In this document: positions 1 through 15,012 of the stretch, piece after piece
Numbering within the stretch: the stretch's first letter is position 1
Layout of the letters: each line of letters begins with the position of its first letter
NCBI GenBank assembly: GCA_051294375.1
Contig: CM119268.1
Coordinates: forward strand, 4,503,162 to 4,567,161
Origin: Paraspadella gotoi
Taxonomy: Eukaryota; Animalia; Chaetognatha
Length of the DNA: 64,000 nt
Direction: 5' to 3'
Made by a program: the position numbers and the translations under genes
Notes under the pieces: model-generated
What the model was told of the DNA's origin: nothing
The model's database searches: none
What the model saw: only the letters and a program-made list of their open reading frames with translations

Positions 1-440
1 TTTTTTTTGCCTCCTTTCTTCTCTGTTTTCTCCCATATCTTTGCTTTATTTTTCCTCCCGTCCTCTCCTCTTTCCTCTTAATTTTCTTTCCTCCTCTTTT
101 CTTTCTTTTTCCTTTCCTCCTTCCTCCCTTTTATTCCTATCCTCCAAACTTTCCTCTTTTTCCTTTCCTACTTTTCCTTTTTTTCCCCTCCTCATTTCCT
201 CTCTTTCCTTTCCTCTTTTTTCCTTTCTCTTTCTTTCCTCTCTTTCATTTCTTCCTTTTTTTTCCTTTCCTCTTTTCTTATCCATTCCTTTCCTCCTCCT
301 TTTCCTCTCTTTCTTTCTCCTTCCTCTTTTTACTTCCTTTTCTTTCCTCCATCTTCGCTCGAGAAAAAAAATTACGTTTTCTCCTCGAGATCAAGTCGAG
401 ATTCGTGAAGAGATGTTCCGATCTGACAGAATCGATTGAC

Positions 441-835
441 AGGGCATCGAAGGAGATGGCATCGAAGGAATGGCATCGAAGGAGATTGGCATCGAAGGAG
501 ATCGCATCAAAGGAGATGGCAATCGAATAACAGGGCATCGAAAGAGTGGCATCGAAGGAGATTGGCATCAAGGAGATTGCATCGAATGATATGGCATCAA
601 AGAAGATGGCATCGAAGGAGATGGCATCGAAGGAGATGGCATCGAAAAGAGATTGCATCAAAGGAGATTGCATCGAAGGAGATGGCATCGAAGGAAGATG
701 GCATCCGAAGGAGATGGCATCGAAGGAGATTGCATCAAAGGAAATTCGAGGATGCATCGAGGGAAATGGCAATCGAAGGAGATGGCTCGAAGGAGAAGGC
801 ATCGAGTAACAGGGAAATCGAAGGAGATGGCATAG
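441..835. repeat. 15-nt minisatellite (gatggcatcgaagga)n
   Basis: About 25 degenerate copies. It generates the spurious MASKE / RRRWH ORFs. Confidence 0.9.
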
Positions 836-1173
836 ACCGAGAGATGGGTAAAAGGAAGATGACATAAAATGATGGAGATTGCTCTGATGGATAGGGGCAT
901 TTATAGATATAAAATGAAAGAGGTTATTATAGGAAGCGAGCGGGATATTAAGGGAGTGGCATTGAAAATAAAAGAACTAGAGACGGCATCAAATATGCTT
1001 TGTAATACTACTAATGCCCTACATCTACTAATATACTATATAACTACTGAAACTACTACTACTACTATCCATGACTTTACTACTAATATTCTTTTAAAAA
1101 AAAAATATTTTCATAAAGAGAATCTAATCATTTGCAGCCGTGTCCAAAATTGTAGACAAGCTCACAAACAGGC

Positions 1174-1233
<60 letters not shown>

Positions 1234-1352
1234 AAGCAAGACCCGTTTGACCCCGAGCTCAAGAAACCGAAATCGCTTTGTCCATTTTCTCTCTTCCTTT
1301 TAGCTTAAAAAAGGGAACGAAGCCCCGCTGCCCCTTCGCCCCGCTGAAAGAA

Positions 1353-1412
<60 letters not shown>

Positions 1413-1540
1413 GAGAGAGATATGTACAAACGCCCGCTTCTTCCGTCCATCATTTCCACATCCTACACCGTTTTCCCTCCATTGCTCCTGTAAAAAGAGA
1501 GAGAAGAGAGGAGAGAGATGAGAGTGGAGAGAGAGAGAGA

Positions 1541-1575
<35 letters not shown>

Positions 1576-1851
1576 GAGAAAGAAACGGGTCTAATCCGAT
1601 ATTGGTCGTTACCATGCCAACGGCCGAGCTGAGCTCCCGGCGGAGAAACGCCGAGGCCAACACGATATGAGCAGCCCCGGTCACGTGGTCGATTAAGCAA
1701 TTCGAATCCGGTCTGAGAGGTCCGGGGTTGAGGCCGGGTTCGGTTAAAGAGAGAGAAGGCTTTGTGCTGATAGGAAGAGGTGGCATTTTTAGAGAGTGAG
1801 AGTATAAGAGAGCCCTTGTCATGAATAACGATTATTACCATGACATAAGGT

Positions 1852-2120
1852 ACGACGACGACGACGACGACGACGATGTCAACGACGACCAAGACGATTA
1901 AGGTCGTGAAAGCTATTTGATGATGGGAGAAAAGACGACGACGACGACGACGACGACGATGTCAACGACCGACCAGACGATTAAGGTCGTGACAGCTATT
2001 TGATGATGGAGAAAAGACGACGAGACGACGACGACGATGTCAACGACGACCAAGACCGATTAAGTCGTGAAAGCTATTTTGCATTGATGGGAGAAAAACG
2101 ACGACGACGACGACGAAGAC
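1852..2120. repeat. ~81-nt tandem repeat, ~3.3 copies, with (GAC)n core
   Basis: Unit (gac)n-gatgtcaacgacgaccaagacgattaaggtcgtgaaagctatttgatgatgggagaaaa is repeated. Confidence 0.85.
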
Positions 2121-2461
2121 GGACTACTCGACGACCTATGCCGTGCCTGACTATTCCACGACGGGACGAGTAAAAACCATTTTTCACCCGGCATTTCACG
2201 TAGAAGAAGCGGCGGTGATTTCGCAAATCATTTACGGTTCACCCCCTTCCATGTTCAACCGCATCTCACTCCTTTCTCTCTTCTCTGTCCTTCTACTCTA
2301 TTCTCTGTTCTCCCTGCTTCTTTTCCTCTCGCGGTTAACCTCTTAATCCACCTCTGTCTATATTTCTCTCTTGTTTTTCTGTCGTTGTTAGTCTTCCTAT
2401 TTCACTTTCGGTCTATTCTGTCTCTGTCATTATTTCTTTCTGTCTTCTCTCTCTCTTCATC

Positions 2462-2512
<51 letters not shown>

Positions 2513-4345
2513 CTCCTCTCTCTCTTACTTTATTTTTAAATCATCTTTTTTCTAACTTAGGTCGCACCCCTTTTTAATATTGTCTTCGCATTTTTTTCAT
2601 CATCGCCATTTTTTTCCTTTTTACGCGGTCTTGCCTCCTTGTTCCCCTTGTTCTTCCTTGCTTCTCCTTGTTCTCCTTTCTCCTTGTTTCTCCTTGTTCT
2701 CTTATGCTCTTTCCATTTCTTCTAGGGCAGTGATTCTATCAGGAATTTAGCAAAAAAAACCACTTTTTTCAATATTTGTTAGAATATTACCTAGACAAAA
2801 AATATTCAAATTTTGACTCTAGACACAAAGTTGCTAGGATACTGGATTTAAATTTGGAAATCCTCTCTCTGCATTTCTAAAATTAAGGACATCCAATGAC
2901 CATTTTGACTACTTTTAATAAAAAAATTCATGTCACATTTTTGTCCATTTTGACTTGTCTTGAGATTTGCAATGCCAGACTCATTGAGAGAGGAACATTT
3001 TTGTTACTCTGGACTTTCGGGTCCTTCTTATCTTCTTTACCTTCTCGAATTGGTTCATTTGATGTTAATCATCTATGTGCTTGCCTACTGGAATTAATTT
3101 TAAAATTGACTAAAAGTCAAAAACTTTCCATTTTACATTTTATTACAATTTAAAAACGAAAATACCTTCAAAAATGTCCAACTGAAAACATACTAAGTTG
3201 ACGAATTAAAAAAAACCGCCTTCTTTTATTGAAAGGGGAAGCCGTCAGCGAGCATTTAATTTCCTCTCAATCGACAGCGGTTTTTGTCGGAAAAATTTCC
3301 GCAAAAACTTCTGTCGACTTTTTTAAATTTGCTTGGCAAGCCAAACCTTCCGCTAAAATCATACACTACCTACGATTTTTTTTCTTTACTTTACATTTTA
3401 AAGTATTTTATACATCAGATATGACCTAATTGAATGCTAAATGATCGAGCGCAGTGAGGCAATGAGAAAAAACATGTGGAAGCAAAGAAGATTGAGGTGA
3501 AAAAACATATGAAAAGGGGAGGGAGAAAGAGATTGAAAGAAATTTAATATATGTGGAGAGGGGGGGAAACTGAGAACCAATCTGACGGAAAAAGAAAAGA
3601 TAAGGTAACAGGGGAGGAAGAAGATCATAGAGGGAGAAGAGAAAACAGAGATTGAGAGGAGGGAGAATAAAGGTTAAGGAAGAAAAGAAGGGAATGACAC
3701 ATCAGAAATATCGAGTGGACAAGAAACAGTATGGAAAAGGCGAGAGAAAAGAAAGAGAGCACAGATGAGAGAAGATTTCTCAAGATGAGAAAAATACGTG
3801 GATAAAAAAAAGCCAGAAAACGTTTTAAAAATAATACCGTTCTGCCATTGTCTTTCCTAAGCCCAGAACGTCTCAGTATCAGTAAAAACGCAGATTAGGA
3901 TCTCGACGAGTCACATACGCTTAATCTTTTAAAATGCCGACTTACCATGAAAAATCGTTTTAGCTTCATCTCAATTATCGGCAGATACCGTTAATTAGAA
4001 GGATTGTCGTAAAAGAAATCATGTCTTACCGTATTTTGAAAAAATAGAAATTCACCCAGTGAGTTCTATGTTATAAGGAGAAGATAACTATAGCCAACCG
4101 TTTTTTTAAAGAAAGAGTGTTTCATATTTATCAGTGGGAAAAAAAGAAATAATAGTTATTTAAGTTTAAATTTCATTGTTGAAAATACCCAAATCAAAAT
4201 CACTGCCTCTACTCTTCAGTCTATTCCTGCTCTCCTCCTCCTCCTCCTCCTCCTCATTTTCTCCCTCGTCTTCTACATCTTCTTCGTGAAGGTGTTATGG
4301 GGATTACAAAGCCATATTTCATTTTTTTCCCGCAGTCTCTCTCTC

Positions 4346-4471
<126 letters not shown>

Positions 4472-4800
4472 CCCACATATATATATCGAAAAAAAATCCC
4501 TGCTGTTTCCAAGGATTTGTTATCTTTGGTTGGTCGCCTTTTTTTCGATATGAATTTCATTTTTTTATTTATTTGTATTCAGTTCACGAGAAGCGACGTC
4601 GCGGCAAGGGAATGGTGCCATTCTGCTGAGGTGGTTTATTGCAATCTTTGTCGATTTTAGATGGACGTTACATTTAATGACGACGAAAACGGGACATAGC
4701 GACCATGACAAAATATTCAAGATGACTGATAATTAAAAATTAACCATTTCAAAAAAATTTATTCTTCCATTTTGAAAGAAAATCTTTCTCTCTCTCTCTT

Positions 4801-4857
<57 letters not shown>

Positions 4858-5510
4858 CTAAAATAAGACGATATCAGACTTAGAAGGCAAAGTTTACGAT
4901 GCGACGAAAGCTTTCAGCAATTGATTACTTTGATACATTATTGATATTTTCAGCTCGATACGGTTTAACGATTAATTCAGGCTTTCTCTTAATCCGTTTT
5001 CTTTTTTTTAATCTAATTCCTATTCTTATTCTTATTCTTATTTTTTTCTTATTCTGTTTATTTTTCTTTTTCTTTCTCATTTTCTTTTTTCTTTACTTTT
5101 TCTTATTCCTATTTTTCATTTACTTTTTCTTACTTTGTATTTTTCCTTCCGTCTTTTCTTCAACTATATATACCATTTGGTGATTTTTGTTCTACTATGT
5201 CCTGCTATCTAATTTTTTTCCCACCCAATCAAAATTTATATAATTTATATTCAATTTTTATTATTTTTAATGTTATTTTCTTTGCCAATTTTTCTTTTTC
5301 CTCTTTTTCTTTTCTTTACTCTCTTTTTTCCTCCTTTTCTCTACTTTCCTCTCTTTTTCCTTCTTTTCTTTTTCCTCTCTTTTTTCTTCCTTTTCTTTTC
5401 TCGACTTTTTCAAGCAAGGCTTACCATTTTGCACTCAGCCATGCAGGAAATTAACCGCGCAAAGTATAATGAATTCGTGAGTTCAATCCTTTTCTCGATA
5501 AGTCGATCTT

Positions 5511-5546
<36 letters not shown>

Positions 5547-6232
5547 NNNNNNNNNNNNNNNNNNNNNNNNNNNNNNNNNNNNNNNNNNNNNNNNNNNNNN
5601 NNNNNNNNNNNNNNNNNNNNNNNNNNNNNNNNNNNNNNNNTCCCACTATGTACATCTCTAACTTGTACTATTTTACTACAATTAAAAATTTAAGAAATAG
5701 TGAAAGAAACCAGTTACTTTTTCGTCTTTTAGCTCGTCTTTTTGCTCTGCCTATTTTAATTCAATCATATGATGTTTATTTTACTTAATTGGCTATTTTT
5801 ATACTTTACATACTTATATTCCACTTCTGTTCACTAACGTGGCGAAGAACGACCGTTAGGGACGGTTTATTCCTGTTTTGTAACGTCATAAAATTCTTTA
5901 GTAAACACTTTTTTGTAGTTTGTATGCTAATGTGGTATTTATTTGTTTTTGTATCGGCATTTTATATCGAAAAGTTGCAATAAAAAATGGGGATTAAATT
6001 ATTTAAAATAAGGAAAAAAGAAAAGAAACGAAAAAAAAATATTTTTTTTAATTTCTTAAAAATCAAAGTTCCTGCCATTGAGCAGCTACCAAAAAAAGTA
6101 AGAGAAAAAAGTTGGTATCCCAACCAAAATAACAAACGAAGCATCGGGAAGAGCCGGAAAAAGCGCATGAAAAGGCATTTTTCGGGAAAAAGAGGCCAAA
6201 GAGATCTAGAGAGGCCACCAAGAGGTGTTTGT

Positions 6233-6448
6233 TTGAATGATGAAAAACTGAGACCGCCGCCTCGGGAACGAACAGGCGACGAAAGAAAAAAGAAGAGAGA
6301 AAGCAGAGAAGAGAGAAAGAGAGAAGGAGATAGAGACGAGAGAGAGATGCGGAGAGGAGAGCATAGAGGAGAGAGACGAGAGAGATGAGAGAGAGAGAAA
6401 AGTGATTACCCGGTGTGGGGTGCTAAAAGAAAGCCAAGAGGGAACAGG

Positions 6449-6490
<42 letters not shown>

Positions 6491-6724
6491 ATGCAACTGA
6501 GCGAGAGTGCTGAGAGACACGGGCAGAGCAATAAAATTTAGCATAGCGATAGCGAGCGTGTGAGATGCAGCGAGACCATGTGTGAGAGCGAGATCGAGCT
6601 GAGAGTTGCTGAGAGCGAGAGAAGAACCTTCCCTTGTCTGAGGAATGAACCCTGCAATCGCTAAAAAACCATAAGACTCGGCCGCCATTGTGTTGAGGTG
6701 GAGATAATGAGGAAGGGAAAACGC

Positions 6725-6813
<89 letters not shown>

Positions 6814-8930
6814 CGCGTCTTCTCATTTGCATGTTCGAGTTTTTAAACCTTGGAATCCGCCGCGACCGCCGTTACTCATCTGCAGGTAAGGCGTTGCGGA
6901 GGCCGCAGTCCTGGAGTCGGTTCGCAAAAAAAGAGAGAGAGAGAGACGAGAGGAGAGAAGACGAGAGAGAGAGAGATGAGAGAGAGAAGAGAGAGAGAGA
7001 GAGAGAAGAGAGATATATATTGGGTGTGGCTTTTTCAACGACAGGGCGAAAACAAAATTGGAGGGAATATTTAAATTGTTTTGGGTGAGATTGGTGAGGC
7101 GATATGTGGGAAACTTAAAGAAGGAGAGAAATAAAGAAGAATAAAAAAAAAAGAACAATCACGACGTTTATTCCTTTTTTTATTGTTTAAAACGATACTC
7201 TTCTTCCTCTTACTGATTTTGATGGTGCTTATTCTCTTCCTCTCTTTTCTCTTTTTACTCTTCGCCTTTTTAGTCGGATCTGCTTATCAGCAGATCCGAC
7301 TCTATAACTCACTTTTTCGGTCCGTCGGTCCGCCCCCTAATATTGTCGGGCACACACTTTATATCATGTCAGAACATCGAAATTATGATAAATTATGCAA
7401 AAAAAAAATGATGTCCGTCCGTCCGTCTGTCGTCCGTCCGTCCGTCCGTCCGTCACGTCCACCTTAGCAAAAAAACACCAATTACTCGTGATTGGATGGA
7501 TGGATTTAAATGAAATTTTGTGTGTGGATAGGTAAGTGTGTGATTTGAGCTGGATATGAAGTTTCGATGGAATCCGTCCAAGTGGAAATGAGTTTTAAAT
7601 GGAAAAACAAAAAAAATAATTCACTATTTGAACACCAATTACTCATGAGTGGATGGGCTGATTGACCTGGAATTTGTGTATGTGCGGTAGGAAAGTGCTG
7701 TGATTGAACAGAAATCAAGTTTCGATGGAATAGTTTGAGTGGAAAATGAGTTTAAATGCGAAAAAAACAAAAAACCTGTTTTTACTAATTGATTATGCTT
7801 CTTTTTCCTTTTTATATTAATAGTATCTGCAGGATGTATTAATAAATCAAATAATTAATCAGTTAATTAATCAATTAGTAAATAAATTAAATCAATAATT
7901 AATTAATTAGTCAATCAATCCGTCCATCCCGTCCCATCTTAGCAAAAAAGCTCCAATAACTCGTGATTTGGACTGTGTTGGATTGGAATTAAATTTTGTG
8001 TGTGGGTAGGAAGTGTGTGAATAAAGCTGGATAATAAAATTTCCGATGGAATCACGTGTGAGTGGAAATTAGTTTAAATGGAAAAAACATAAGTCGAATT
8101 TACTAAAATCTTTTTACTATTTTTAACCAATAAATACTCCAATTAATCATAATTGGATGGATAGATTGAGTTGAAATTTTGTGTGTGGGTAGGAAAACGT
8201 ATGACGAAGCTTGATATTAAAAGTTTCAGTGGAAACGTACTAGTGGAAATGAGTTTAAATGAAAAAATAGGAGTCACATTACTTGAATTCTTTTTATTTA
8301 TTTAACCCATGATAGATTTGAGATGAAATTTTGTGAGCCGGTAGGAAAGTGAGTGAAGAAGCTAGATATAAAGTTTTGACGGAATGCAAGTTGAAAAAAT
8401 TATGCAAGTTGAAAAAATGATGCAAGTTAAAAAAAAATCTTAAAAGCATAAGGATCGTCGCATTGCATAAAAAGGAGAGAGAGAGAGAGAGAAAGAGAGA
8501 GATGAGGAGAGAGAGAGAGTGAGAGAGAGAAAGAGAGAGAGTGAGGAGAGAGAGGAGAGAGAGAAGGAGACATAAAATAAAAAAATCTTAAAAGACTAAA
8601 ATCGAGCCAGAGCCCACTATCATAGAAAATTAATGAAAAAACCGGAGAAAAAAACGAATGAATCATGCGATACGAATTATTGATGTAATAGTAATTGATT
8701 GAGGTAATACTAATTTGATGATGTAATAGTAGTTTATTGATGTAATAGGAATTGATTATTATTCGATGATAATCAATTATTGATGCCGATGATAGTCATT
8801 CACTGCTGTGATGATAGTCATCAGTGATGCGATGATGTCATTCATTGATGCGATGATTGTCATCATTGATGCGATGATAGTCAATAAAACAAACAAATGC
8901 GTGTATGAGTGAAGAGAAGAGAGAGAGAGA

Positions 8931-8962
<32 letters not shown>

Positions 8963-9459
8963 AAGAGAGAGAGAGAAAGAAAGAGAGAGAGAGAGGAGAG
9001 AAAGAAAGAGAATAAATCCACGAAAATTCTCGATGAAAAATATGGGATTTTGTATTTGAAAAAAAGCGCGAATAAATGGCATAATAAAAAGTTTTTAGAA
9101 AGGAAAAAAATAATCAGAATTTTTCAAAAAACAAACGATCACGCAAGAGATCGGACAGATAGGGACAGACACACACAGAGAGACAGAGAGAGAGAGAGAA
9201 AAGAGAGAGAGAGAAGAAGACAGCCGCTGCAGAGAAAAGAGATAAGAGAAAGAGCGATATATAATAATTAAAAAAGAGAGAGAGAGAGGAGAAAGCTCTA
9301 CAGCCCCTTTACTCGTTAAAGAATCAGCAGTACTTATGGCGCCGCACGTAGCGTGAGATTTTCTTTACCCAAAGGACCCGGGTTCGCGCACGGTTCGCGG
9401 CATCGTTTTTTACATTAGTGAACCCACATTATATCTAAAAATTTTTGTAAAAAAAAGAG

Positions 9460-9531
<72 letters not shown>

Positions 9532-10851
9532 AGCTGGACAGACGCTGCAGAGCCGGAACTCGTTTTTAGACAAATCAGAAGAAGGCAGTGACGGAGAAAA
9601 GGAGAGAGAGAGAGAGCGACATATAATTAAAACGTTTTTGTTTTGTAAATAAAACATAAACAAAATACGAATATTGATTATGAAACATGAGAATTTTAAA
9701 GATCTTGATGATTAGAAGCCATATATGAAAATTCAAACTCCCTATGATATCACATTTTCAGAAACCAGATTGCAAAAAAGCGAGACCGAAAAGCTTAAAC
9801 CGAATCAAAATCTAGCCAGGACGGGCTTTGCCCGCCTGGCTCGATAATAGAGGATATTTGTTTGTTTTGATAAAAATGTAAACAAAACATTTAATAACTG
9901 TCCTGACTCAATTTTAAGGACATCGATGATGACAAGCTGAATATAATTATAAATAATCTATTAATTAATTAATTAATTAATCTATTATTAATTAATTAAT
10001 TAATCTATTATTAATTAATAATTAATTATNNNNNNNNNNNNNNNNNNNNNNNNNGCGAAAGAACGAGATGATAAAGACGAGAGAGAAGGAAAGAGGGAGA
10101 GAGATGAGAGAGAGAGAGGAGAGACGAGAAGAAAGAAAGCGACGAGGATTGCGCCTCCACGGACTTTGGAGATGATCGATGACCATGCCATCGAAACCAG
10201 ATGAAAGAAGCGAGAGAAGAGAGAGAGAGGAGATGAGAGATAGAAGAAAAGAAGAGAGAGAGAGAGAGAGAAGGGAGAGAGAGATAGAGAGAGAGGAGAG
10301 AGAGATGAGAGAGCAACGATGAGAGAGAAGAGAGAGAAAGAGAGAGAGAGAGAGAAGAAAGGAAGCACATGGACCACATGCGTCGGCCCAAAGATCTAGG
10401 CGGATGCACAATTGAGGGTCGGTGACCGGGCATTCCGCGTACTGTGAATGAAAAAACGAGACCGCCGCCTCGGGAACGAACAGGCGACGAAAGAAAAAAG
10501 AAGAGAGAAGAGCAGAAAAGAAGAGAAAAAGAGAGAGAGGAGAGAGACCGAGAGAGAGAAGAGGAGGATAGAGAGAGAGACGAGAGAGAGAAGAGCAGAA
10601 AAGTGATTACCCGGTGTGGGGTGCTAAAAGAGACAAGCCAAAGAGGGAACAGGGCAAAAAAAGCAAGAGCGAGAGCTGAGAGCCGAGAGTATAGCCGCGA
10701 GCGAGTGTGAGAGCGAAAGTCAGAGCGAGAGCGAGAGTGAGAGCGAGAGAAGAACCTTCCCTCTTGTCTGAGGAAGAACCCTGCAGTCGTAAAAAACCAT
10801 AAGACTCGGCGCCATTGTGTTGAGGTGGAGATAATTGAGGAGGGAAAACGC

Positions 10852-10938
<87 letters not shown>

Positions 10939-13068
10939 TCCCGCGTCTTCTCATTTGCATGTTCGAGTTTTTAAACCTTGGAATCCGCCGCGACCGCCGT
11001 TACTCATCTGCAGGTAAGGGCGTTGCGGAGGCCGCAGTCCTGGAGTCGGTTCGCAAAAATAGAGAGAGAGAGACGAGAGAGAGAGAGAAGACGACGAGAG
11101 AGAGAGATGAGAGAGAGAAGAGAGAGAAGAGATATATATATTGGGTGTGGCTTTTTCAACGACAGGCCGAAAACAAAATGGAGGGAATATTTAAATTGTT
11201 TTGGGGTGAGATTGGAGGCGATATGTGGGAAACTTAAAGAAGGAGAGAAATAAAAGAAGAAAAAAAAAAAAGAACAAGTCACGACGTTATTCCTTTTTTT
11301 TATTGTTTAAAACGATACTCTTCTTCTCTCTTACTGATTTTGCATGGTGCTTATATTCTCTTCCTCTCTTTTCTCTTTTTACTCTTTCGCCTTTTTTAGC
11401 GGATCTGCTTATCAGCAGATCCCGACTCTATAACTCACTTTTTCGGTCCGTCGGTCCGCCCCTAAATATTGTCGGGCAACACACTTATATCATGTCAGAA
11501 CATCGAATTATGATAAATTATGCAAAAAAAATGATGTCCGTCCGTCCGTCTGTCGTCCGTCCGTCCGTCCGTCCGTCACGTCCACCTTAGCAAAAAAACC
11601 ACCAATTACTCGTGATTGGATGGATGGATTTAAATGAAATTTTGTGTGTGGATAGGTAAGTGTTGTGATTTGAGCTGGATATGAAGTTTCGATGGAATCG
11701 TCCCAAGTGGAAATGAGTTTAAATGGAAAAACAAAAAAAATTATATTCACTATTTGAACACCAATTACTCATGAGTGGATGGGCTGATTGACCTGAATTT
11801 GTATGTGGGTAGGAAAGTGTGTGATTGAACAGAAATCAAAGTTTCGATGGATAGTTTTGAGTGGAAATGAGTTTAAATGGAAAAAAACAAAAAACCTGTT
11901 TTACTAATTGATTATGCTTCTTTTCCTTTTATATTAAATGTATCTGCAGGATGTATTAATAAATCAAAATAATTAATCAGTTAATTAATCAATTAGTAAA
12001 TAAATTAATCAATAATTAATTAATTAGTCAATCAATCCGATCCATCCGTTCCCATCTTAGCAAAAAAGCTCCAATAACTCGTGATTGGCTGGTTGGATTG
12101 GAATTAAATTTTGTGTGTGGGTAGGAAGTGTGTGATAAAGCTGGATATAAAATTTCGATTGGAATCGTCTGTGAGTGGAAATTAGTTTAAATGTGAAAAA
12201 ACATAAGTCGAATTTACTAAAATCTTTTTACTTATATTTTAACCAATAAATACTCCAATTAATCATATTGGATGGATAGATGTGAGTTGAAATTTTGTGT
12301 GTGGTAGGAAAACGTATGACGAAGCTTGATATAAAAGTTTTCAGTGGAAACGTACTAGTGGAAATGAGTTTTAAATGAAAAAATATGAGTCACATTTACT
12401 TGAATTCTTTTTATTTATTTAACCCATGATAGATTTGAGATGAAATTTTTGTGAGCCGGTAGGAAAGTGAGCTGAAAGAAGCTAGATATAAAGTTTTGAC
12501 GGAATGCAAGTTGAAAAAATTATGCAAGTTGAAAAAAATGATGCAAGTTAAAAAAATTCTTAAAAGCATAAGGATCGTCGCATTGGCATTAAAAACGAGA
12601 GAGAGAGAGAGAGAAGAGAGAGAGATGAGAGAGAGAGAGAGTGAGAGAGGAAAGAGAGAGAGTGAGAAGAGAGAGAGAGAGAAGGAGACATAAAAATAAA
12701 AAAATTCTTAAAAGACTAAAGATCGAGCCAAGCCCACTATCATAGAAAATTAATGAAAAAAAACCGGAAAAAACGAATGAATCATGCGATATACGAATTA
12801 TTGATGTAATAGTAATTGATTCAGTAATACTAATTTGATTGATGTAATAGTAGTTTATTGAATGTAATAGGAATTGATTATTGATTCGATGATAATCAAT
12901 TATTGATGCGATGATAGTCATTCACTGCTGTGATGATAGTCATCAGTGATGCGATGATGTCATTCATTGATGCGCATGATTGTCATCATTTGATGCGATG
13001 ATAGTCAATAAAACAAACAAATGCGTGTAATTGAGTGAAGAGAGAGAGAGAGACGATGAGAGAGAGAC

Positions 13069-13102
<34 letters not shown>

Positions 13103-13597
13103 AAGAAAGAGAGAGAGAGAGAGAGAAAGAAAGAGAATAAATCCACGAAAATCTCGGATGAAAAATATGGGATTTTGTATTTGAAAAAAAGCGCGAATAA
13201 ATGGCCAATAATAAAAGTTTTTAGAAGGAAAAAAATAATCAAATTTTTCAAAAAACAAACGATCACGCAAGAGATCGGAAGATAGGGACAGACCACAACA
13301 GAGAGACGAGAGGATGAGAGAGAAAAGAGAGAGAGAGAAGAGAGACAGCCGCTGCAGAGAAAAGAGATAAGGAGAAGAGCGATTATAATAATTAAAAGAG
13401 GAGAGAGAGCGAAAAGCTTCTACAGCCCCTTTTACTCGTTAAAGAATCAGAGTACTCTTGGCGCCGCACGTAGGTGAGATTTTTCTTTACCCCAAAGGAC
13501 CCGGGGTTCAAGCGCACGGTTCGCGGCATCGTTTTTTTTACATTAGTGAACCCACATTATATCTAAAAATTTTTCTAAAAAAAAGAGAGGCAGAGAA

Positions 13598-13629
<32 letters not shown>

Positions 13630-14155
13630 AGAGAGAGGAGAGAGAGAGAAGAAGCTGGACAGGACGCTTGCAGAGCCGGAACTCGTTTTTAGACAAATCA
13701 GAAGAAGCAGTGACGGAGAAAAGAGGAGAGAGAGAGAGCGACATATAATTAAAACGTTTTTGTTTTGTAAAATAAAAACATAAACAAAATACGAATATTG
13801 ATATGAAACATGAGAATTTTAAAGATCTTGATGATTTAGAAGCCATATATGAAAATTCAACTCCCTATGATATCACATTTTCAGAACCATGATTGCAAAA
13901 AAGCGAGACCGAAAGCTAAACCGAATCAAAATCTAGCCAGGACGGGGCTTTGCCCGCCTGGCTCGATAATTAGAGGATATTTGTTTGTTTTGATAAAAAT
14001 GTAAACAAAACATTTAATAACTTGTCCTGACTCAATTTTAAGGACATCGATGATGACAAGCTGAATATAATTATAAATATCTCATTAATTAATTAATTAA
14101 TATCTATTATTAATTAATTAATTAATCTATTAATTTAATTAATTAATTAATTAAT
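6233..14155. repeat. Tandem duplication, ~3.7 kb unit (~6233-10029 / ~10445-14155), separated by an N gap and noisy sequence
   Basis: Colinear shared anchors: gagaccgccgcctcgggaacg, tgcaggtaagg, ggcgccgcacgtag, ctagccaggacgg. Differences are dominated by indels. Confidence 0.9.
7267..10029 (+). mobile_element. DINE-1/HINE-like non-autonomous Helentron element, copy 1 (3' end lost in gap)
   Basis: T-run followed by a 13-bp inverted repeat agtcggatctgct-tatc-agcagatccgact (7272-7301), a (GTCY)n microsatellite at ~7413-7453 and internal ~190-nt tandem subrepeats. This is the DINE-1/HINE architecture. Confidence 0.7.
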
Positions 14156-14195
14156 TATTCTAGGCAGATCCGACATTGTTTGCTCAAACTTGTTT
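11393..14195 (+). mobile_element. DINE-1/HINE-like element, copy 2 (apparently complete, ~2.8 kb)
   Basis: Same 5' inverted repeat and GTCC satellite as copy 1. The 3' end has subTIR gcagatccgac (14164-14174), a short hairpin gtttg-ct-caaac and terminal cttgttt, like DINE-1 3' ends. Confidence 0.7.
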
Positions 14196-14579
14196 CTTTA
14201 GTTGCTCTCATTTTGTCTTATGTCTCTTAATTCGTTCCACGTTTTTATTACGCTTATTATATATTTCTTTGTACATACCCCATGATTCTATCACATTGCT
14301 CATAAAAAAAATATTTTTCGAAAACATCGTTATTCTTTTCAATTCTGTCGAGTTGTCCTCAAGCATGACCCCACTTTCTCTGTCTACCTTACCCCTTTCT
14401 CATAAAGAGGTGAGTTAGAGGATTTTTTTACGTTTGACTCGTCAACAGTAATAATCGCCTAATTGTCTTTTTTTCCCCTTTTTTTTTTTTTCTTCTTCCT
14501 TCTTTTTGTGCGACACAAAAGTTGCTCGCGCGCCTTTAATCGTTAAAGGCACCTCGTTAGCTGTTGCAGAGTCCATCTT

Positions 14580-14682
<103 letters not shown>

Positions 14683-14928
14683 CTCCTCTTCTCTCTCTCT
14701 TCTCTCTCTCAACCTCAACGTCATTCTCGAAGACCTCAAGACTGAGATGAAATCTTTACATAATTGACTCCCTCTCTCTAAGGACTAAGGAGTCGGAAGA
14801 TTTCAGATTACAGTTAAATTGAATCACTTAATAGAAGAGATGAGAGAGTTTCAGGCAAATAGATGCGCACATTGCGCACATTGTGCAAGGGCCACGTTTT
14901 CTGTTGCAGAGTCCACCTCTTTCTCTCA

Positions 14929-15006
<78 letters not shown>

Positions 15007-15012
15007 ACTCAC

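Noticed and set aside
41-1303. ORFs with MASKE / RRRWH / SFDAI repeats and S/L/F-rich ORFs
   Set aside because: They are translations of a 15-nt minisatellite and CT-rich low-complexity DNA, open in several frames on both strands.
1608-1715. Exon-like GC-rich segment (AG...GTAACG) on the minus strand
   Set aside because: Neither open frame resembles the expected next GluN1 sequence (VYAxxVSH...).
2140-2230. Possible GluN1 exon 4 (minus-strand GFY motif, loosely like SYTxGFYxIPVxGI)
   Set aside because: It needs several indels to fit and has no clean splice sites.
3230-3335. Minus-strand FSDKN motif resembling GluN1 'FSDKNIH'
   Set aside because: The surrounding residues do not match, and there is no suitable acceptor or donor.
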